Below, one piece after another: positions 1-3,081 of a stretch of DNA of 3,081 nt (position 1 is its first letter; each line of letters opens with the position of its first letter). The notes under the pieces are model-generated. The model worked only from the letters and a program-made list of their open reading frames with translations. It was not told where the DNA came from and did no database searches. The stretch lies in assembly GCA_000004985.1 (NCBI GenBank), contig GG739235.1. One strand, written 5' to 3'. A program made the position numbers and the translations under genes. The stretch comes from Naegleria gruberi (lineage: Eukaryota).

Positions 1-1500
1 ACATGATATATAATGATATAGAATTCAATTTCATGTCTTAATAATCAGAAATGGTATCATGGGAAGGTAAATGTTGATATTTTATGGTTGACTTTAAGGA
101 AAGACAAGTCACACCAACTCTATCAAATACATCACTTCAACCAACAATATATACATGAAAATGCTTCACTCTACGAGTAGAGATAGAAAATCAAGTTTAT
201 TTTCACTTTCATGTTCATGATTTCAACTCTATCATACCAATTAGTCAACTGTGGACATGGATGAAAATCTGGAAAATGATCACTCTATGCAACTTTACCA
301 TCATGTTATACATCTCAAACAACGTATGTGGATCAATTTTCAGACATTCTGTTGAACATTCCATCTTTCAGTAAGGTAAAGGGTGAAATATCAAGGTTGA
401 CTTTGAAGATCAGGAGGAAATCTTGAATATAGAGAACCAAATCCTCAATCAACAAAATACATATCAATCGATTGGAAATCAATAGTACATCTCGAAAATA
501 TAATTTATTTTATGTTTTGAAATCTCTTCTTGACCTCTTTTAGTCAATTAAGACAATTAAGGATGACACTATAGGAAAAGTTACCAATCTCAAAATAAAT
601 GATAATATCGAGTTCCACATCTCAAATAAAGTGGACTTTCATCAAATTATATAATTTCATTTCAAGAAATACATCCGTTAGATAGTACATGGTGATATTT
701 CAAGGGAATGGCTGGAAATCTGAAGGATATAGAAACAACTCCATTTTCACTGAAATTGATACCATGATATGTAGACACTCTAATTAGCATATAATATCAA
801 TTTCATGAGTATTGGCTCAGTAGATATTGAGTTGTCAACTCTATCATTTTACTATAGAACTTTGACATAAAATCAAAGATTATGCTCCAACTCACTTATT
901 TTATATGCAATTAGTCTAGAACTGATAACACACATTCTGTACACCATGTATATACATCTATACAAGTTTAAAAACAATTCATGATACTTTAATTCAGTCA
1001 ATCAGTAAATGTTCAATGTCAATAGTGATTATATCCAAGTGTACACTCTATCTCAGCGAAAGTACATTCAACCATCATGTAACTTTACCAGATACATTTA
1101 GTCACACTATTATACAACTGGAATCAATTTTAATGTTTTAGAATTGAATTCAATATGATAATAATAACAATCTGTCAAATTGTCATATTTCAACATATAG
1201 AATATACTCCATCTCATTTATTTTTCAAAATATCATACAAGTATCAAATATGAATACACTCTCCTAGATGAGGAGAACAATCTGAGAAAGTTTCACATTC
1301 ATGGCTCAGTATCTTAAATTCCACTAACTTACCTTAGAAGAAAGTTTACGTTCCATATCAGTCATTTCATAGAGTTATTGATCAATTCCAACACCAGTAT
1401 GTTATTCATCCGTTCTAGTACAATTTATGTTTCAAGAGTGATTTCTGTGATAAAGTTGATGGAAGTGAGTGCCAAATGGCACTTTCACTTCCAATATAGT
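1..1500. repeat. Degenerate tandem or satellite-like repeat array, period about 300-320 bp with internal sub-repeats, roughly 5 units; no ORFs.
   Basis: Recurring anchor words at roughly 300-bp spacing. 'aaggtaaa..ggttgacttt' occurs at 65-98 and 374-407, about 30 of 40 positions identical, and a third copy 'ggtgatatttcaagg..ggaaatct' lies at 690-720. 'ttagtcaa' occurs at 241, 541 and about 910. 'acatctcaaa' occurs at 311 and 617. 'caactctatca' occurs at 116, 225 and 834. 'caatttcatg'-like words occur at 25, 333, 651, 798 and 975. 'aactttacca' occurs at 291 and 1081. 'tggctcagta' occurs at 813 and 1302. Copies are only about 60-75% identical and carry indels. Neither strand has an ORF on the track. 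Confidence 0.5.
1461..1492. other. Imperfect hairpin: ggaagtga-gtgcc / ggcac-tt-tcacttcc, 13 paired bases with a 2-nt bulge and a 4-nt loop.
   Basis: Seen directly: ggaagtgagtgccaaatggcactttcacttcc. It sits at the boundary between the repeat array and the unique sequence downstream. Confidence 0.3.
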
Positions 1501-1568
1501 AGTAAGCTTTGTTAATCCTTTCGATTCTGAGCCATTTTCACATCAACTTGAATCTATTTTTAACTTTT

Positions 1569-1619
1569 CCGCGCGTTTGGCGGTTTGATCAAGCGACAAA
1601 AATACTTTTGATCAAGTGA
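1569..1619. promoter_or_regulatory. GC-rich island (ccgcgcgtttggcgg) followed by two copies of the 8-bp palindrome TTGATCAA inside a 13-bp direct repeat TTTGATCAAG[C/T]GA, 23 bp apart. Candidate protein-binding site.
   Basis: Seen directly: ccgcgcgtttggcgg at 1569-1583, and tttgatcaag at 1584-1593 and again at 1607-1616. The GC-rich motif stands out against roughly 75% AT flanks. TTTGGCGG resembles an E2F-type site (TTTSGCGC). Function unknown. It lies about 150-200 bp 3' of the minus-strand ORF stop. Confidence 0.2.
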
Positions 1620-1763
1620 TTTTATTACCACTAGCCACCATCATAACTTGATATATATAAATATTTAACAATTTCACATCAGCCGTATATTGTGCCCCAT
1701 TACAATCACCATCTTTTGACATCATTTGTGATATATATTGTTAATGTATTTAAGGAGAAAAGC

Positions 1764-2054
1764 TTAATAAATAGGGGTTGACATGGGATCCAAACCCAAC
1801 CTATCGTAACATGAGCAATTATTTGGAGAAAAACAATTTCCATTTCCTGAGCAAATATTAGAATTGGTTGAATTTAAATTAAAACATGTTGGAAATTCAC
1901 ATTTCATTCCAACATAACCTGGAAGGCATTGACAGATATCGAATTGTATACATTTTCCGTTTCCATTGGAACAAACAGCAGATTCATTCGACAGGATATC
2001 GAAACATTTTGTAAATTGGCAAAATTGACCACCATTAGTTGCTACATGGACCAT
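1764..2054 (-). CDS. EGF-like cysteine-rich repeat protein, single exon or fragment (possibly a pseudogene); predicted extracellular.
   Basis: The 96-aa ORF has 17 Cys. Repeat 1 (CSNGNGKC-IQFDI-CQC-LPGYVGMKC-E) matches tenascin/integrin-type EGF spacing C-x-C-x2-G-Y-x-G-x2-C. Repeat 2 (CSGNGNC-FSPNN-CSC-YDRLG) is cut off by the stop before its last Cys. N-x-S/T sequons are present (NES, NST). Codon third positions are A/T-rich like the flanking genome. There is no N-terminal signal peptide, and an in-frame stop lies 2 codons upstream of the Met, so it is probably an exon or fragment rather than a complete gene. Confidence 0.5.
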   Translation of the reverse strand: MVHVATNGGQFCQFTKCFDILSNESAVCSNGNGKCIQFDICQCLPGYVGMKCEFPTCFNLNSTNSNICSGNGNCFSPNNCSCYDRLGLDPMSTPIY

Positions 2055-2376
2055 ACCTCATCATCTACTTGACCAAATCAAAAACTTTCTTCTAGTAGTA
2101 CTATTTATTTTGACAATATATAACATTTTCATTATTACTTTCTTCAATAGCATTGTAATTGTCATGTACAATATCGGAACATCATTCCAATATCATGAAG
2201 ATGCTCCAATGGATGTGTAGAATCATCCCTCCAAGTTTCATCCCTTTAATAACAGTATTTCCTTATCGTCACAATATTTATTATCAAACCAGCACTATTA
2301 CTGACTAGATTCATTTACTTCTAGAGGTATCTCAAATAAATTTAAAACAGTTTCAGATTTTGAAATAGCTTAGTAG

Positions 2377-3000
2377 AGATTTTTCTTTGGTATTAAGCAG
2401 GCCAACCTTAGAAATGCTATCATTGAAACTCAGCGATCCAAGAAAATTATTAATAAGTTGGGCCAATTAGACAATGACTATAATTGGCATAATAGCACTC
2501 TCTCCTTCTGGAGAAACTCTCTCTTGTCTTATTATCAGCAAAGACTCCTCTACTTTAATCTCCACCACTCAATTTTACTAGGTAACGACAGTATTTGTGA
2601 CAAATGTAATGTCAAGGAAGATTGGACCCACGTATTCCAAACTTGTCCCAAATGCAATCCTGAAAAGGATGAACTGTATGCCACATGGGACGCTATCTCC
2701 CAGAAATTTAGCCTTAACAAGATTCGTTTCCCTCCTGATATCTCAGAATCCTCTCAACTTAGGATAGAATTTGATGGTCGTTGCTCCCGTAATGACTGGC
2801 TTAACTGGTCTAAGCGCAAAAGAATACCTAAGAATGTGGCCCTAGAAGTCTACAAAGCACTAGCTATTTATTTGGAAAATTGCTACAAGAACTCAGTGTG
2901 GTACAACCGTCCCAATGCAGGCTTCACTATTAACAGGAAATACCTCTCTGCCTACCACAGGCAGGCTCAGTCTAACCAACCACTTAGCGTCAACCCATAA
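2377..3000 (+). CDS. C-terminal portion of a non-LTR (LINE) retrotransposon ORF2 (pol). It is 5'-truncated. The ORF track reports 2458..3000 from an alternative TTG start.
   Basis: The frame is open from the TAG at 2374-2376 to the TAA at 2998-3000 with no upstream ATG. Position 2458 is TTG, so the 'M' is an ORF-caller artefact. The protein contains ...RLLYFNLHHSILLGNDSICDKCNVKEDWTHVFQTCPKC... . This matches the conserved C-terminal block of jockey/CR1/I-like ORF2s (R-L-R-x-G-H-x-x-L-x-H-x-x-L ... C-x2-C-x3-E-D-x-x-H-x4-C-P), that is, the CX1-3CX7-8HX4C zinc-knuckle. GC content is higher than the host-like ORF and the flanks. Confidence 0.7.
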   Translation, partial: RFFFGIKQANLRNAIIETQRSKKIINKLGQLDNDYNWHNSTLSFWRNSLLSYYQQRLLYFNLHHSILLGNDSICDKCNVKEDWTHVFQTCPKCNPEKDELYATWDAISQKFSLNKIRFPPDISESSQLRIEFDGRCSRNDWLNWSKRKRIPKNVALEVYKALAIYLENCYKNSVWYNRPNAGFTINRKYLSAYHRQAQSNQPLSVNP

Positions 3001-3039
3001 CACTTAAACGCTGAACCGAAACTTACTGGTTGTAGACCT

Positions 3040-3070
3040 CGTCTCTCAGGTCTTTACGATACAAGAGACG
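3040..3070 (+). other. 3' UTR stem-loop of the LINE fragment: 7-bp stem CGTCTCT/AGAGACG with a 17-nt loop, immediately followed by the A-rich run taaaaaatcaa.
   Basis: The inverted repeat cgtctct (3040-3046) and agagacg (3064-3070) is seen directly. Stringent-type LINEs carry a 3'-terminal hairpin recognised by their own RT, upstream of a short A-rich or microsatellite tail. Confidence 0.4.
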
Positions 3071-3081
3071 TAAAAAATCAA

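Larger units (their letters stand above)
2377..3081 (+). mobile_element. 5'-truncated or degraded non-LTR retrotransposon copy: ORF2 C-terminus plus 3' UTR, running to the window edge.
   Basis: Only the last roughly 200 codons of ORF2 are present. Translating 2041-2376 in the same frame gives a low-complexity hydrophobic peptide and a stop at 2218, with no RT motifs (no FADD/YADD). The 3' UTR at 3001-3081 has a stem-loop and an A-rich end. 5' truncation is typical of LINE insertions. Confidence 0.65.

Noticed and set aside
1-1500. CRISPR array or other prokaryotic-style regular repeat-spacer structure
   Set aside because: The repeats are long (about 300 bp), degenerate and contiguous rather than short exact repeats separated by unique spacers. 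There are no cas-like ORFs, and the window is clearly eukaryotic.
1751-1790. Shine-Dalgarno-like aaggag followed by ATG (1783) on the plus strand
   Set aside because: The context is eukaryotic (long ORF-free stretches, LINE element). The downstream plus-strand frame stops after 8 codons, and it is antisense to the EGF-like ORF's 3' end.
2052-2054. ATG at 2052-2054 as the genuine translation start of a complete EGF-like protein
   Set aside because: The N-terminus (MVHVATNGGQF) is not a signal peptide, although the domain type is extracellular. An in-frame stop lies 2 codons upstream. It is more likely an exon interior or fragment, and the Met is incidental.
2041-2220. Frame-1 open stretch (ATWTITHHLLDQIKTFFLVVLFILTNYNIFIITFFNSIVIVMYNIGTSFQYHEDAPMDV) as an upstream continuation of ORF2 or the RT domain
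   Set aside because: It is low-complexity and hydrophobic with no RT motifs. It is separated from the ORF2 fragment by stops, and it overlaps the start of the antisense EGF-like ORF. It is most likely a non-coding AT-rich spacer.
2458-2460. Met start codon of the 180-aa ORF as listed on the ORF track
   Set aside because: The codon is TTG and the frame is open a further 27 codons upstream to a TAG. The 'M' is an alternative-start convention of the ORF caller, not a real initiation site. The ORF is an internal fragment of ORF2.
3040-3070. Inverted CGTCTC / GAGACG (BsmBI/Esp3I type IIS sites facing inward) resembling a Golden-Gate cloning cassette
   Set aside because: It is just a 7-bp inverted repeat inside a natural LINE 3' UTR. 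There are no vector or synthetic hallmarks anywhere else in the window, so coincidence with a hairpin stem is the economical explanation.
1-3081. tRNA genes, since some protist LINEs target tRNA loci
   Set aside because: No GTTCGAATC/GGTTCRAnYCC T-arm-like box or cloverleaf-compatible segment was found on either strand by eye. I cannot exclude a degenerate one without tRNAscan.

Overview
This window looks like AT-rich eukaryotic nuclear DNA. By eye the non-coding stretches are about 75% A+T, and there is no dense prokaryotic or viral coding. I can support three components. (1) Positions 1 to about 1500 contain no long ORF on either strand. They are built from a diverged family of short repeats that recur roughly every 300-320 bp, with internal sub-repeats: a degenerate tandem or satellite-like array. 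(2) On the minus strand, 1764..2054 is a 96-aa ORF with host-like codon usage (A/T-rich third positions). It is densely cysteine-rich with clear EGF-like spacing (C-x-C-x-x-G-Y-x-G-x-x-C) and N-glycosylation sequons. It has no signal peptide, and its second EGF-like repeat is cut off by the stop codon. It is therefore probably an internal or terminal exon, or a fragment or pseudogene of a secreted or surface EGF-repeat protein. (3) On the plus strand an open frame runs from 2377 (just after a TAG) to 3000. The ORF track begins it at 2458 on an alternative TTG start. Its product is recognisable as the C-terminal end of a non-LTR (LINE-type) retrotransposon ORF2: it has an R-L-x-x-x-x-L-H-H-S-x-L-L block followed by the canonical C-x2-C-x7-H-x4-C zinc-knuckle (CDKCNVKEDWTHVFQTC). 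No reverse-transcriptase core is present upstream, so the copy is 5'-truncated or degraded. Its 3' UTR (3001..3081) carries a 7-bp-stem hairpin and then begins an A-rich run at the window edge. The LINE fragment and the EGF-like ORF lie head-to-head about 320 bp apart. The LINE ORF is visibly more GC-rich than the host ORF or the flanks. Smaller signals are a GC-rich island with two TTGATCAA palindromes (1569..1619) and an imperfect 13-bp hairpin (1461..1492). I see nothing that supports a novel multi-gene system here. The organism cannot be determined from sequence alone. Candidates are an AT-rich protist or invertebrate genome.
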